Part shown: positions 40,956 to 55,327 of the stretch, in pieces | How positions within the stretch are numbered: position 1 is the first letter of the stretch | Layout: each line of letters begins with the position of its first letter | DNA from: Azolla caroliniana | Lineage: Eukaryota > Plantae > Polypodiophyta | DNA length: 64,000 bases | Direction: 5' to 3' | NCBI GenBank assembly: GCA_043228905.1 | Contig: JBHGNT010000005.1 | Span: 19,840,001 to 19,904,000, forward strand | The notes under the pieces: generated by a model | What the model saw: the letters and a program-made list of their open reading frames with translations, nothing else | What the model was told of the DNA's origin: nothing | Database searches by the model: none | Translations under genes and position numbers: made by a program

Positions 40956-43900
40956 TGTTGAGAATCAAGCTCAACTTGGTCTAGTGTGTGAACTCACCTT
41001 GAGAGTGAATAGACACTCCAATGGTCAAGAGTCACCATTATGTCACCACTTTGTATTCTAGCATTTAGTATGAGTCATAGAATCATATTCTATGACACAT
41101 AACTTATGAGCTTTCACATTCCTCATGCTCCATGACGCTTGTAGTTAGTGAAGAGAGAGGGTGACTATATAAAGCACCCTCCTCCCACCTTGTATTGAGT
41201 TGAGTCTTTCTCCTTTGTTAATATATTTTACCTTGCGTATTCTCTGTGTCTTACTCCTTGTCTATCTCTCACTCACTCTCTCTCTCTCTCTCATACACAC
41301 ACAATTCATATCTATTCCGTTGCACAAAATCCATCTCTTGATTCTTTACATGGTATCATAGCGACTTGGTAGCTCGATCTAGCCCATTTGCGTGTGCTGT
41401 GTCCTACGCCGATGACCAAGAACCAGCTCATCACTATCGTAGCTTTGCTACATAGCTAACATTCGAAGAGAGAAGAAGAAGAAGAAGAAGAAGAAGAAGA
41501 AGAATCGACATAATGAATACTCAAATGGGGAGCACTCTCCCTACCGAGAAGTTGGATCGAAACAACTTCGCATCTTGGGAGTACAAGATGCACCAATACC
41601 TTGTCGGACAAGGCTATTGGAGCTACATCAAAGGAGTGCACGAAGACCGACCCATCGAAACGGCTCCCGGATACGCGACATGGGATCAAGATGCAAGCCG
41701 CGTGATGTATTGCTTGGCGACATGCGTTCACGATCACATGCTCGGCTACATTCGCGAAGCCAAGATGCCGAAGGAGGCATGGGAAAATCTACGTAAGATT
41801 TTCGTGGCGAACACAACCGTAAGAAGGCTTCAACTCCGCCAAGAGTTGAACAACATTCAACAAAGGGACATGTCTATCACGACATACACCTTGAAGATCA
41901 AGGAGCTTTGCAACTCGCTCGGCTCGATAAGCGTAAATATCGATGATGATGAGATGGTGCAAATATGCCTCGGCGGCCTCGCACCACGGTTCAACGCGAT
42001 GCGAACCGACGTTCTAGGAAGGGAGAAATCTCCCTCCTTCTTCGAGCTCCAATCAATGCTATTGGTTGAAGAAAACCACGTGCATATAAGGAGCAATGAG
42101 TCAGAAGGCCACATGCTCTACATGCACTCGAACGGAGGAAGAGAATGCGGATGAGCGAGAGGCCGATTCGGCCAAGGACAAGGGGGACGAGGTCCGACCT
42201 ACGACAACAACTCCCAATTTCGGCCGCAAAACGGAAGCCAACAAGGAACCTTCGCAAGAAGGGGGAGCTTCCACTCCGGCCCGAGTCGTCAAAACGCAAC
42301 CAAATGTGGATATTGCGGAAAGCTCTACCACCACGAAGAAGAGTGCCGAAAGAAGATGCGCGGATCGGCTTCCACAAGCCGACAACTCACGAACTACGTG
42401 CACAACTCCGACTACGAAGAGTATAGCGGAATGTACGGGCACAACTCCGACTACGAAGATCATGGCGGAATGTATGCACACAACTCCGACCGTGGCGGAA
42501 TGTTCATGATGAAACATAGGGCAAACTCTATGTCGGCCTCTACCTCAACTAGTGCCCTCAATCCGTAGGACGTATGGTTTGTTGACTCTAGAGCCTCAAA
42601 CCATATGACATCTCATAAAGAACGGTTTCTTGAACTTCGAGAGCCGGATCGACCTAGTAATGTCGAAACCGGAGATAACACTACGCACCCGATTCGGCAC
42701 ATCGACAATGTTCCGTTCGGCAAAAGAGGTAAGCAAACATACATTAAAAATGTATTGCATGTGTTGAGAATCAAGCTCAACTTGGTCTAGTGTGTGAACT
42801 CACCTTGAGAGTGAATAGACACTCCAACGGTCAAGAGTCACCATTATGTCACCTCTTTGTATTCTAGCATTTAGTATGAGTCATAGAATCATATTCTATG
42901 ACACATAACTTGTGAGCTTTCACATTCCCCATGCTCCATGAGTCTTGTAGTTAATGAAGAGAGAGGGTGACTATATAAAGCACCCTCCTCCCACCTTGTA
43001 TTGAGTTGAGTCTTTCTCCTTTGTTAATATACTTTTACCTTGCGTATTCTTTGTGTATTATTCCTTGTCTCTCTCACTCACTCACACTCTCTCTCTCATA
43101 CACACACATAACTCACATCTCTTCTACTTCACAAGAATCATATCTGATTCTTTACATGGTATCAGAGCGATTTGGTAGCTCGATCTAGCCATTCGCCTCA
43201 TCGTGATCGTGTGTTGTGCTCTACGCCGACGACCAAGAACTGGCTGATCGCTATCGTAGCTTCGCTACATAGCTCGCATTCGAAGAGAGAAGAAGAAGAA
43301 GAAGAATCGACATAATGAATACTCAAATGGGGAGCGCTCTCCCTACCGAGAAGTTGGATCGAAACAACCTCGCATCTTGGGAGTACAAGATGCACCAATA
43401 CCTTGTTGGACAAGGTTATTGGAACTACATCAAAGGAGTGCATGAAGACCGACCCGCCGAAGCAGCTCCCGGATACACCACATGGGATCAAGCCGCAAGC
43501 CGCTTAATGTGTTGCTTGGCGACATGTGTTCACGATCACATGCTCGGCTACATTCCCGAAGCCAAGACGCCGAAGGAGGCATGGGAAAATCTACGAAAGA
43601 TTTTCGCGGCGAACACAACCACAAGAAGGCTTCAACTCCACCAAGAGTTGAACAACATTCAACAAAGGGACATGTCCATCACGACATACACCTCAAAGAT
43701 CAAGGAGCTTTGTGATTCGCTTGGCTCAATAAACGTAAATATCGATGATGATGAGATGGTTCAAATATGCCTCGGCGGCCTCGCACCACTGTTCGGCGCG
43801 ATGCGAACCGCCGTTCTAGCACGGGAGAAATCTCCCTCCTTCTTCGAGCTCCAATCAATGCTATTGGTCGAAGAAAACCACGTGCGTACAAGGAGCAATG

Positions 43901-46900
43901 AGTCGGAAGGCCACATGCTCTACACGCATTCGAACGGAGGAAGAGGACGCGGACGGTCGAGAGGCCGATTCGGCCAAGGACAAGGCGGACGAGGTCCGAC
44001 CTACGATAACAACTCCCAATTTCGGCTGCAAAACGGAAGCCAACGAGAAACCTTCGCAAGAAGGGGGAGCTTCCACTCCGGCCCGAGCCGTCAAAACGCA
44101 ACCGAATGCGGATATTGCGGAAAGCTCGGCCACCATGAAGAAGAGTGCCGAAAGAAGATGCGTGAATCGGCTTCCACAAGCCGACAACTCACGAATTACG
44201 TGCACAACTCCGACTACGAAGAGTATAGCGGAATGTACGGGCACAATTCCGACTACGAGGATCGTGGCGGAATGTACGCATACAACTCTGACCGTGGCGG
44301 AATGTTCATGATGAAACATAGAGCAAACTCTATGTCGGCCTCTACCTCAACTAGTGACCTCAATCGGGAGGACGTATGGTTTGTTGACCCCGAAGCCTCA
44401 AACCATATGACATCTCATAAAGAATGGTTTCTCGAACTTCGAGAGCCGGAGCGACCCGGTTATGTCGAAACTGGAGATGACACTAAGCACCCGATTCGGC
44501 ACATCGGCAATGTTCCGTTCGGAAAATAAGGTAAGCAAAATTACATTAAAAATGTCTTGCATGTACCGACCATTATGAAGAATTTGGTTTCCGTCGGCCA
44601 AATTGTAGAGCAAGGGATGCAAGTTCGATTTAATCAAGGCGGTTGCTTCATCGAAAAAGAGGGCCGACTCATCGCACGCGGACGAAGAGAGGGCCGAATG
44701 TTCATTCTCAACCCACACGAGATGAAATCGGCCATGTTCGCAAAGGGCATGAAAGCTAATTCCGACATAGAGTTGTGGCACAAGCGAATCGGCCACATCA
44801 ATCTCAACAAACTCAAAACAATGAAATCGAAAGGAGTCGTCATCGGACTCCCGACATTTAAAGAGAAGGAGATTGAAGGTGTATGCGAAGCGTGCCAATT
44901 TGGCAAGCAAAACCGACACCCATTCCCGAAAGAGCGGAACGTGAGCAAAGGTCTACTTGACGTAGTCCATTCCAACGTATGGGGACTAGCGCAAACGACT
45001 ACATTCAGCGGATGCCGATATTACGTGCTCTTCATCGACGACTTTTCTAGGCACACTTGGATCTATTCGATGCGGCAAAAGAGCGAAGTGTTCGGACACT
45101 TCCAAAAATTCAAGAATGAAGTCGAGAAAGCCATGGGCCGACATGTACGATGCCTTCGATCGGATAGCGGCAAGGAGTACTTCTCGGACGATTTCACGGC
45201 GTATCTCTGAAAGGAAGGAATTCGGCGAGAATTCACTTGCCGACACACTCCGCAACAAAACGGAGTAGCCGAGCGCAAAAATCGGCACATCCTCGAAGTA
45301 GCGCGGGCCATGATGAACGAGAAGCATATGCCCAAGTCTTATTGGGCCAAAGCTGCAAATACGGCCGTCTACCTAATGAACCGGTGCACAACATCCAGCG
45401 TGCACGAGGTCACTCCACATGAAAAATACTTTGGAAAGAAGCCGGACTTATCGCACACACGGATATTCGGTGCAATAGCGTATGTGCACATCCCCGATGA
45501 GAAGCTTCAAAAGCTTGACCCGAAGTCGGAGAAATGTATCCTCGTAGGATACTCATTGGAGCAAAAGGGGTACAAGTGCTACAACCCTTCAACTCGAAAA
45601 TCTCAAGTAAGTCGAGACGTCGTTTTTGACGAGTCTGCATCCTGGTACGCACCAGAGACAACTCTGACTCTGACTCTGACTCCGACTCTGATTCTACTCA
45701 ACCCGGAATCCACCGAACAAGAGATACAGGAGGAAGATCGCCTTACGGGCATGTTCGAAGAAAGTCCGCTCACGACTCGACTGAGTGGACCACAAGAGCG
45801 TTTGAGCAATCAAAGCACATCACGGCCTAGCCCGCAGATGGACAAAGGCAAGGCGAAAATGACGGAATACGCAGATGATCGCTTCGACGACGATGAATCG
45901 ATTCACTCACTCGATAGTGAGTTCGGCGGCTTCAACGTACCAATTGGAGCTAAGAAAGCCCTCATCTCTACAAATGAAAAGCTTCGTCCCTCCACTTGTG
46001 AAAAGAATCCGGTCAGCCGATTCGGCTACAACGACTACATGGCATATCACTATGCCTTTATGATGAAGGTGGCGAAAGTACACGAGCCAGAAACATTTTC
46101 CAAAGCAGCCAAGGATCCGCGATGGATCGAAGCCATGAATGAGGAGATGCAGACATTACGCAAGAACGAGATGTGGGATCTCGTTCCCACCTCACCACAC
46201 AAAAAGGCGATCAGATGCAGATGGATTTACAAAGTGAAGTACAACGCCAACGGTTCCGTCAACCGCTACAAAGCGCGACTTGTAACGAAAGGCTACGCAC
46301 AAACGCACGGAGTTGACTACGAGGAGACCTTTGCCCCAGTGGCAAAGATGACGACGATACGGACTGTAATTGCGCTTGCCGTGGCGAAAAGGTGGCACCT
46401 CCATTAGATGGATGTCAAGAACGCCTTTCTGCAAGGTGAATTAGAAGAGGAGGTGTACATGATACAGCACCCATCCGAAAGCTGTATGCCGACTCAAGAA
46501 GCCACTCTACGGCCTCAAGCAACCACCGCGTGCTTGGCATTCGAAGATAACGCAATATCTTCATCAAATCGGCTTCCGTCTGTCAAAATCAGACAACTCC
46601 CTCTACATACGAAGCGATTCCGCAAGTCTGATCATCATCATCTTATATGTGGATGACCTAGTCATTGGAGGTGAGCATCTCGTCGAAATCAATAAGGTCA
46701 AATCCCTCCTTTCTGACAAGTTCGAGATGACGGACATGAAGGAACTCCACTACTTCCTCGACATCGAAGTAATTCAGACTCCGGCCGGAATCATGATTTC
46801 TCAACGGCATTACATCCTCAACTTGTTATACAAGTTCGGTATGTCTAAGTGCAAATCCGTGGCAACCCTACTCGATCGTAATCTCAAACTAGATGCGAAC

Positions 46901-48185
46901 TCCGGCACCAAAGCGTGTGAGCCGACTCAGTATCGGCAACTGATTGGGAGTTTCATCTACTTCACGATCACTCGACCTGATCTCAGTTATCCGGTGGGTC
47001 TCCTTAGTCAATTCATGCAAACACTGCGTGATACTCACTTGGATTGTGCTAAGCGAGTTCTACGATACGTGAGCGGCTCAATGGATTGAGGCATCCTCTA
47101 CAAGACCGCGATGCCAATACGACTCGAGGGCTACACAGACGCCGATTGGGCCGGCTACAAAGCCGATAGAAGATCAACCTCCGACTTTGTTTTCTCCCTT
47201 GGTAGCGGAGCAATATCCTAGAGCAGCAAAAAGCAACCAACCGTCGCTCTTTCGAGCATAGAGGCGGAATACAGGGGCGCGGTAGTGGCCGCATGTGAAG
47301 CCGTATGGCTCAAAAGGATACTCAAGGATCTGGGCATAACCATCAAGGATCCGAATTCCCTTTACTACGACAACATGAGTAGTATCTATCTGGCTCGGAA
47401 CCCGGTGTTCCACGCGTGGACAAAGCACATCGAAGTGCACTATCACTTCATCCGAGAGCGTGTTCTAGCTGGCGATGTTGACCTACAACACATTAGCACA
47501 AATCTTCAAACGACTGACATCTTCACTAAAGCCTTAGGAGCCAACAAGCTGTGGCAATTCATGACCAATCTCGGATTGACGATCCCTAACCTGCCAAGCT
47601 TGAGGGGGAGTATTGAAGACATTACGCAATAACGCGTGGATTCCGCAAGCCGCACACACTACGCAAGAACGCGTGGATTACGCAACCACACAACGAAGCT
47701 ATGAAGAGCCGATCTACCGCGCAAAGCCGCGAAGAAAGATGCAAGCCGAAGCACATACTTCGCAACTACGCACAACGCCAGCTGGAGCACGGATTCCGCA
47801 ACTCCGCATAAATGCGAGTTGACGCGAGTCGAAGCGGATTTCGGATACCGTCTGAAACCAACCCAACTTGAGCTTGAGGGGGCATGTTGAGAATCAAGCT
47901 CAACTTGGTCTAGTGTGTGAACTCACCTTGAGAGTGAATAAACACTCCAACAGTCAAGAGTCACCATTATGTCACCTCTTTGTATTGTATCATTTAGTAT
48001 GAGTCATAGAATCATATTCTATGACACATAACTTATGAGCTTTCACATTCCCCATGCTCAATGAGTCTTGTAGTTAATGAAGAGAGAGGGTGACTATATA
48101 AAGCACCCTCCTCCCACCTTGTATTGAGTTGAGTCTTTCTCCTTTGTTAATATACTTTTACCTTGCGTATTCTCTATGTATTATT

Positions 48186-48227
<42 letters not shown>

Positions 48228-48924
48228 CACACACATAACTCACATCTCTTCCGCTTCACAAGAATCATATCTGATTCTTTACAACATGTTCCCACCATCA
48301 CAAAGAATTTGGTCTCGGTCGGCCAAATGGTTGAGCAAGGGATGCAAGTACGATTCGACCAAGAAGGGTGCTTCATCGAAAAAGAGGGCCAAATCATCGC
48401 GCGCCGAAGAAGGGAGGGCCGAATGTTCATTCTCGATTCACACGAGTTGAAATCCACCATGTTCGCAAAAAGCACGAAAACCAACTCCGACATAGAGCTA
48501 TGGCACAAGCGAATTGACCACATTAATCTCAACAAACTCAGAGCAATGAAATCGAAAGGAGTTGTCATCGGACTCTCGACATTCAAAGAGAAGGAGATTG
48601 AAGGTGTATGCAAAGCGTGCCAATTCGGCAAGCAACACCGACACCCATTCCCGGAAGAGCGGGACGTGAGCAAAGGTCTACTCGACGTAGTCCATTCTGA
48701 TGTATGGGGACGGACGCAGACGACTACATTCAGCGGATGGCAATATTACGTGCTCTTCATCGTCGACTTCTCCAGGCACACATGGCTCTATCCGATGCGG
48801 CAAAAGAGCGAAGTGTTCGGACACTGTCAAAGGTCTAAAAATGAAGTCGAGAAAGCCATTGGTCGTCATGTACGATGCCTTCGATTAGATGGCAGCAAGG
48901 AGTACTTCTCGGACGATTTCACAG
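40956..48924 (+). mobile_element. Copia element A (5' LTR 40956-41350, gag-PR, partial IN), interrupted by element B and truncated at ~48924
   Basis: LTR TG...CA; mutated PBS tggtatcatagc; gag MNTQMGSTLPTEKLDRNN at 41513; pol resumes at 48284 (HVPTITKNLVSVGQ...ELWHKR...VHSDVWG) and stops at DDFT. Confidence 0.85.
42762..48283 (+). mobile_element. Copia element B, full length but decayed, nested in same-family element A
   Basis: LTRs 42762-43156 and 47885-48283; PBS tggtatcagagc 43157-43168; TSD gcatg/acatg; gag-pol 43315-47632 ([41 protein letters not shown]) with several stops and frameshifts. Confidence 0.92.
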
Positions 48925-51422
48925 TGTCATGTGAATCTTCTCACACTATGTAAAAAAATAAATAATAAAATAAGTACTTTATATTAGCTTAATGGCATGT
49001 TATAGAAAGATGGATGTTTGAGAAGATAGGGAAAATAGAACTATGATTTATCCCACATAGATAGGTAACTTAAGGCCCTAGCTATATAAGCACTTTGAGA
49101 CCCCTCATTTTCATTTGTGCTAAGAGCACTTTGGTCACTTTGTCTTGATGGATGATGGTGGCCAAGTTCCCAAAAATTGAAACCGATCGGTAAGCAAAAT
49201 CGAAAACCGGCCAGTAAGCAAAATCAAAATCAGTCGGTAAGTAAAATTGGAAATCGGCCGGTAAGCAAACCGGAATTAGTGGCGGAGCTAGTGAGGCGGC
49301 GACAATCGGCAACTGGACGAGGCTGGACGCAAATCGAACGGATAACAAGATCATGTGGCTAATTAAAGTGAAGTGAAGAAAACCAAAGTAAAGGTCATGT
49401 GGACGGTCGCATGCAACTAAAAAAAAAGGCCATGCAACTAAAAATAGATGCAACTAAAAGAAAAAGCAATGCAACTAAAAGTAGAGGCCATGCAACAAAA
49501 AGTGGAAAGGCTATGATCAACGGAGAACTCCATATATATTCCTCTTTTTTTTCCCTACACTCATACTCTCTCCATATTTTTATTTTCTTTTTCTTCTTAG
49601 ATTCTCTTATCTTATTGAAGCCATAACACTCGAAACCCTAGTTTTCCCTACGAAAGCCAAAAACCCTAAATTTCCTTACGGAAGCCATAAACCCTAAATT
49701 TTCTTACGAAAGCCATAAACCCTAATTTCCCTACGGAAGCCATATCTCTCAAAACCCCTAATTTTGCTTTTCTATTAAACTTAGTAAACCTAAACTTTTG
49801 AATCCCAATCTTGGGACGTGTTGTAATTTCTTTTCCTTTGCTAATGAAAAATTATTAAATTTCTTATTTTCGTTAAATCTTAAAAGTATAAACGCACGAA
49901 TATGATATCCTCTGGTCGGAGGCCCCGGGGTCCTGCCTCAAGTTCACGTATCCTTGTCGTATTTTCACGACATCTTTGGTGAACCCGACGTGAAACGAGG
50001 CGGCAGGAGGATATCTCATGGAGGCATATAGATACAAAGAGCCGAAGAGATGCAAACTATACGAGTTCAACCAATGGGTATCATCATTAAAGATCCACCA
50101 AAGTGCCATGCATGCTTTCTTTGAGTTCGAGTGTTGCTTTGCACAACTCTCGGAGTGGGATCAAAGATTGGTGGGGGTGGAAAAAGTCCTAATGTTTGTG
50201 AAGTCAATTGATCAGAAGGAAAGGAAGGCCATTGGAATCCGACTTGAGGATGATGATGGTGCAAATGGCCTCACTGAGGATTGGACGAAAGTGGAAAGAG
50301 TATGTCAACTACACGATAAGAGGAAGACAAGATTCTCATCGATAACAACACAACCCATGACGAATGGTGAAAGGAGGACGGGAAGCAACTACAAACTACC
50401 ACCTAAAGAAGAGAGCTTGAAGAGGGAATGTTCAATGTTACTTGACATAGAGGCCTTCATAAACGAGGCATATGAGAAATTAAAGGTGCAAGTTGAGGCC
50501 AAAGAGAATCTTATAATGGAACCAAAACCGATTAAATGGTTATCAAGGAAGAAGAGACTTCCCATCAAAGGTGGAGTAATGATACGACCAATACAAAGGC
50601 CCAAGTTCGGTACTACAACACCACGAGAGAAGGTGTGGAACAAGACATTTTCTCGTCTTGCAAAGAAACAATGATGAAGAATGAAACAAATAAATCGAGG
50701 GTGGCGAATGCCACTTCAAGCAAAGACAAATGTTTCGGAACACGCATCGTGTCTGAAACATCAAGTGATGAATGTGCAAGCATGAACAAAGCTTCCATGA
50801 TCAAGGGAAATAAAAAGTGTGAGGTCAATTTGATTGTGGAGATAGCCATGAAAAATGACATCGAGTCAAAGGTGGCTGAGGACGAGTCAATGGCGGATGG
50901 CCGTGTTGAGACTTTCTCCACACTTATTCCAGAGACTTGGGCAGTTACGTCGAAAAGGCAACGTGAGACCCAAGAGACGGAAGGTGGTGGCGAGGAAGTG
51001 AAGGCCAAAACTAACACATGCAAAGAAGAGGGAAGAATAATCGAGGCTTGCTTGAGCAAGAGGATCAATGGGTAGGAGGCCTATGAGTCTAAAGAGATAG
51101 CCACAAAAAATGACATCGAGTCAGAGATGGCTATGGACGAGTCAATGGCGGATGGCCATGTCGAGATTTTCTCCACACTTGTTCTAGAGACTTGGGCAAT
51201 TGCGTCAAAAAGTAAATGTGAGACCCAAGAGACGGAATGTGGCGACGAGGAAGTGAAGGCCGAAGCTAACACATGTGAAGAAGAGGGAGACGTTAAGCCG
51301 AAGAGGGTAGATGACGATGATGAAGAGACTCTCCCCACAAAGGTTCTTGAGACTTGGGCATTAACTGATGTAAGACCCAAGAGACAGAAGGTGGTGGCAA
51401 AGAAACAAAGGTCAAAGCCAAT
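48925..51422 (+). mobile_element. 5' portion of a different LTR element: ~1.05-kb LTR (48925-49972), tRNA-Trp PBS, gag-like ORF
   Basis: tgtcatgtgaa...ttcacgaca ends; tggtgaacccgacgtga at 49977-49993 is complementary to the 3' end of plant tRNA-Trp as I recall it; ORF from 50018 directly after the PBS; aaaccctaa-containing ~30-bp repeats at 49620-49790. Confidence 0.65.
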
Positions 51423-52918
51423 GCGGCACGACATCCTCAACTTGTTATACAAGTTCGGTATGGCTAAGTGCAAATCCGCAGCAACCCCCCTCGATCGCAA
51501 TCTCAAACTAGATGCGAACTCCGGCACCAAAGCATGTGAGCCAACTCAGTATCGGCATCTCATCGGGAGTTTCAGCTACCTCACGATCACTCGACCCGAT
51601 CTCAGTTATCCGGTCGGTCTCCTTAGTTAATTCATGCAAACACCGCGTGATACTCACTTGGAATGCGCTAAGCGAGTTCTACGATACGTGAGCGGCACAA
51701 TGGATTGCGGTATCCTCTACAAGACGGCGATGCCAATACGACTCGAGGGTTACACAGACGCCGATTGGGCCGGCTACAAGACCGATAGAAGTTCAACCTC
51801 CGGATTTGTTTTTTCCCTCGGTAGCGGAGCAATATCCTAGAGCAGCAAAAAGCAACCAACCGTCTCTCTTTCGAGTAGGCGAAATACAAGGGCGCGGCAG
51901 TGGCCGCATGTGAAGCCGTATGGCTCAAAAGGATACTCAAGGATCTGGGCGTACCCATCAAGGATCCGACTTCCCTTTACTACGACAACATGAGTAGTAT
52001 CTATATGGCTCGGAACACGGTGTTCCACGCGCGGACAAAGCACATCGAAGTGCACTATCACTTTATCCGAGAGCGCGTTCTAGCTGGTGATGTCGACCTA
52101 CAACACATTAGCACAAATCTTCAAATGGCCGACATCTTCACTAAAGCCTTAGTAGCTGACAAGCTATGGCAATTCATGACCGATCTCGGATTGACGATCC
52201 CTGACTTGCCAAGCTTGAGGGGGAGTACTGAAGACACTACACAATAACATGTGGATTCCACAACTGCGCAACCAAGCCGCGAAGAAAGACGCAAGCCGAA
52301 GCACAAACTTCACAACTACGCAATAACGCGTGGATTCCGCAACCGCGCAACGAAGTCGCGAAGAAAGACACAAGCCGAAGCATAGACTTCGCAACTACGC
52401 ACAATGCAAGCTGGAGCATGGATTCTGCAACTCCGCATAAATGCGAGTCGACGCGGACTCCGGAACGCGAGTCGAAGCGGATTTCGGATACTGTCTGAAA
52501 CCGACCCAACTTGAGCTTGAGGGGGTGTGTTGAGAATCAAGCTCAACTTGGTCTAGTGTGTGAACTCACCTTGAGAGTGAATAGACACTCCAACGGTCAA
52601 GAGTCACCATTATGTCACCACTTTGTGTTCTAGCATTTAGTATGAGTCATAGAATCATATTCTATGACACATAACTTATGAGCTTTCACACTCCCCATGC
52701 TCCATGAGTCTTGTAGTTAATGAAGAGAGAGGGTGACTATATAAAGCACCCTCCTCCCACCTTGTACAATGTTGAGTCTTTTGCCTTTGTTAATATACTT
52801 TAGCTTGCGTATTCTCTGTGTCTTACTCCTTGCCTCTCTCTCTCACTCTCTCTCTCTCATACACACACACAGTTCATATCTATTCCGTTGTACAAAATCC
52901 ATCTCTTGATTCTTTACA
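51423..52918 (+). mobile_element. Copia 3' portion (RT C-terminus, RNase H, PPT, 3' LTR 52528-52918)
   Basis: ILNLLYKFGM...TRPDLSYPVG, YTDADWAG, ARTKHIEVHYHFIRE; LTR 3' end is of the element-A type. Confidence 0.88.
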
Positions 52919-54776
52919 TAGCCTATTTACAATTCTACTTCTGAAACAATTTCGGTTTCGGCCTCGGCCAAATTACCCTTGTGTCCTCGATTTCGGTTTC
53001 GGCCAAGACTGATACTCACCAAATCGGTTCTTCTCTTCCCATCCAAAGGGACCTGTTTCCCAACAGAATATGCTTCTGGAGGGACTTGTGGCGAGGGTTT
53101 GTAGTATGGATTCTGCTTCACGTAAACTGAACAGGCTACTGCCTCGTGAGGATGTTGTTGGTTCTGCAACTGGAGTGACTCCTCCACGACCCGCCGAATC
53201 ACTCTGGGAAAAGATCGGTCCTGTCAGATCTCCTCGACCACCTGTTGGTAGGCCTCCCGCCTCCGCAGTCTCTCGTCTAGCCTTCTCACTCGTTCGGCAA
53301 TTGGATCGTTTATCGGTCTTGTCGGTCTAGTCATCCATTCCCCGATGTTAACTACATGCTGGAGGAATTGTGGTCGCCAAAATTGTGTTTATCCTAGGCT
53401 AGACTAGCCACAAACACAAGGTGTCCTTCCGGATCACTTCACCAAAGGGGTGGTTACGGGTAGGATGTTAACCGGCACAGATATGATTCTAATACGAGTA
53501 TTTCCGGATCGGTTCTAGATTCGCCATATAACAACGATTGATTAACATGCTTAAGATATACAAATTAAGCACAAACGATAAGTAGACAAGGTACACAATA
53601 ATCAAATCCAAAAACAAACGCATATTATTTCTGTGTCTATTATATTGATTCCCGGATCCTTTTATAGGCCTCCGGTTCGAAGTACAAAACGGTGCCATAC
53701 CAGCAACTAGCCACGAATCGGTTTGGATCCGGATTAGTGCAACTATTCCGGATCCGTCCGTTCCTATAGTATTTCTAAGTAATTATTAATCTAAATATAA
53801 TATCCGACTCTAGCTCGTCCCTTTCCACATTTGTCGTCCGAACCATACTCTGGCCAACACCACCCACACAACCTCGCCAAAAAATGTGATTTGTAGAACC
53901 AAAAACCGACCATAATGATCATTATGTACCACTTGAGGATAATATTTATCTCGCACGATTAATACCACACCTGAATAATGATTATTAAGATGTCGTACAT
54001 AGAATGATGAATATCCTCGCAAATGAACTGTGGATCCTGCTAACTCATGACACTTATTCTCAACTACAGGTCCTAATACATGCCATTCTTTACTTAACAA
54101 ATCTTCCCATAATATATATTTCTTATGAGGAGAACATGCCCATCTTACATTCTATCTTACCACTTTCATTCAATCAACAATGTTATGGGTGCACTTGCTC
54201 CTTTAGAGTAACCGATGTCATGAAACTAGTCAAAGCATGTTCCAATGATGCATATGGATTTTCATGCACCACGTCCTTATGGTTGTGTATTTAAATCTTT
54301 TGTTTAGGTCCTCCCACTTGGCAAAAACCTCGAGAATTTGATGAATTTACAACCCGTCCCAATGAATCAAATTGAAGGTGAAGGGGTAATCCCTTATCCC
54401 TAAATTGTCGTTTCCAAGGAACTTTTTGAGGAACCTCTCTAGTTCTTGAATTACCTTGTAGTGGGAAAACTATTACGTTGCATATTCATTGATTTCCCCT
54501 TCAACTTGCCCTTAACCTGATGCCAATCTTTGTCAACAACTAGCAATGGGCCTGGTTTCGGCTCAAACCGAACCGAACCGAAAAACCGTGGCATAATTGT
54601 TTATAGGTTTGAAAATAAATAAACCAAACTTTGGTTTCAAATGTTACTAATCGGTTTCGGTTCGGTTCGGTTTTGAATTTAGTGGTTTATCGGCTTATCA
54701 GTTTCTGTTTATGTGGTTCGGAATAAAGGTTTATACGTTTATAGGTTCAAAAATACTCATAAAATTTCCCTATAGG

Positions 54777-55231
54777 TGTCACGGACACACCAACCCTAGA
54801 CTACGACAAAGCACAGATGACGAGGCTACGACCGATAAGGTTACGAACGTGGAACTGGACGTGATGAGGTTAGAAACTTGGAAAGTTTGGAGCGACGAGA
54901 TGAGGAACTTAAGAAGCTAGGAACAACACAAGAGCATAAAGACAAAGATGTCAATCAATGAGAGAAGATGGGGTGAAACGAGAATACTAGATTGATGTGT
55001 CAATGACTCTAAGTGTGTTGAATCCCTTGAAAGGGACCAAGGAGGTTACAAGTTCTAGAAAGTTCTAGAACTAGAAGGTTCTAGAAACTCCTAGAACGTG
55101 AATAGATAATCTATGAAGATATACATAATGTGATTATGTACTTGGTTGTGTTGGTTACAATATAACACTTAACTATAATACAAGAGGTCAAGAGTTCTAA
55201 TCTTGACTTAACTGTTGTCATGTCTGTGACA
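54777..55231. mobile_element. Probable solo LTR inside the hAT element
   Basis: Ends tgtcacggaca...tgtctgtgaca (TG...CA, inverted); flanks atagg/ataga (4 of 5 TSD match); 455 bp. Confidence 0.7.
55052..55097. promoter_or_regulatory. Heat-shock-element-like array (alternating nTTCn/nGAAn)
   Basis: gTTCtaGAAagTTCtaGAActaGAAggTTCtaGAA: one four-unit and one three-unit perfect HSE consensus. Confidence 0.5.
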
Positions 55232-55327
55232 ATAGACTCTAACTTTTAATTTTAAACTCTAGTTTTAACTTATTAATCTTGACTTAACTGGCCAAGTGTG
55301 AACTTGCCTAGGGACCTTGGGTATCGC

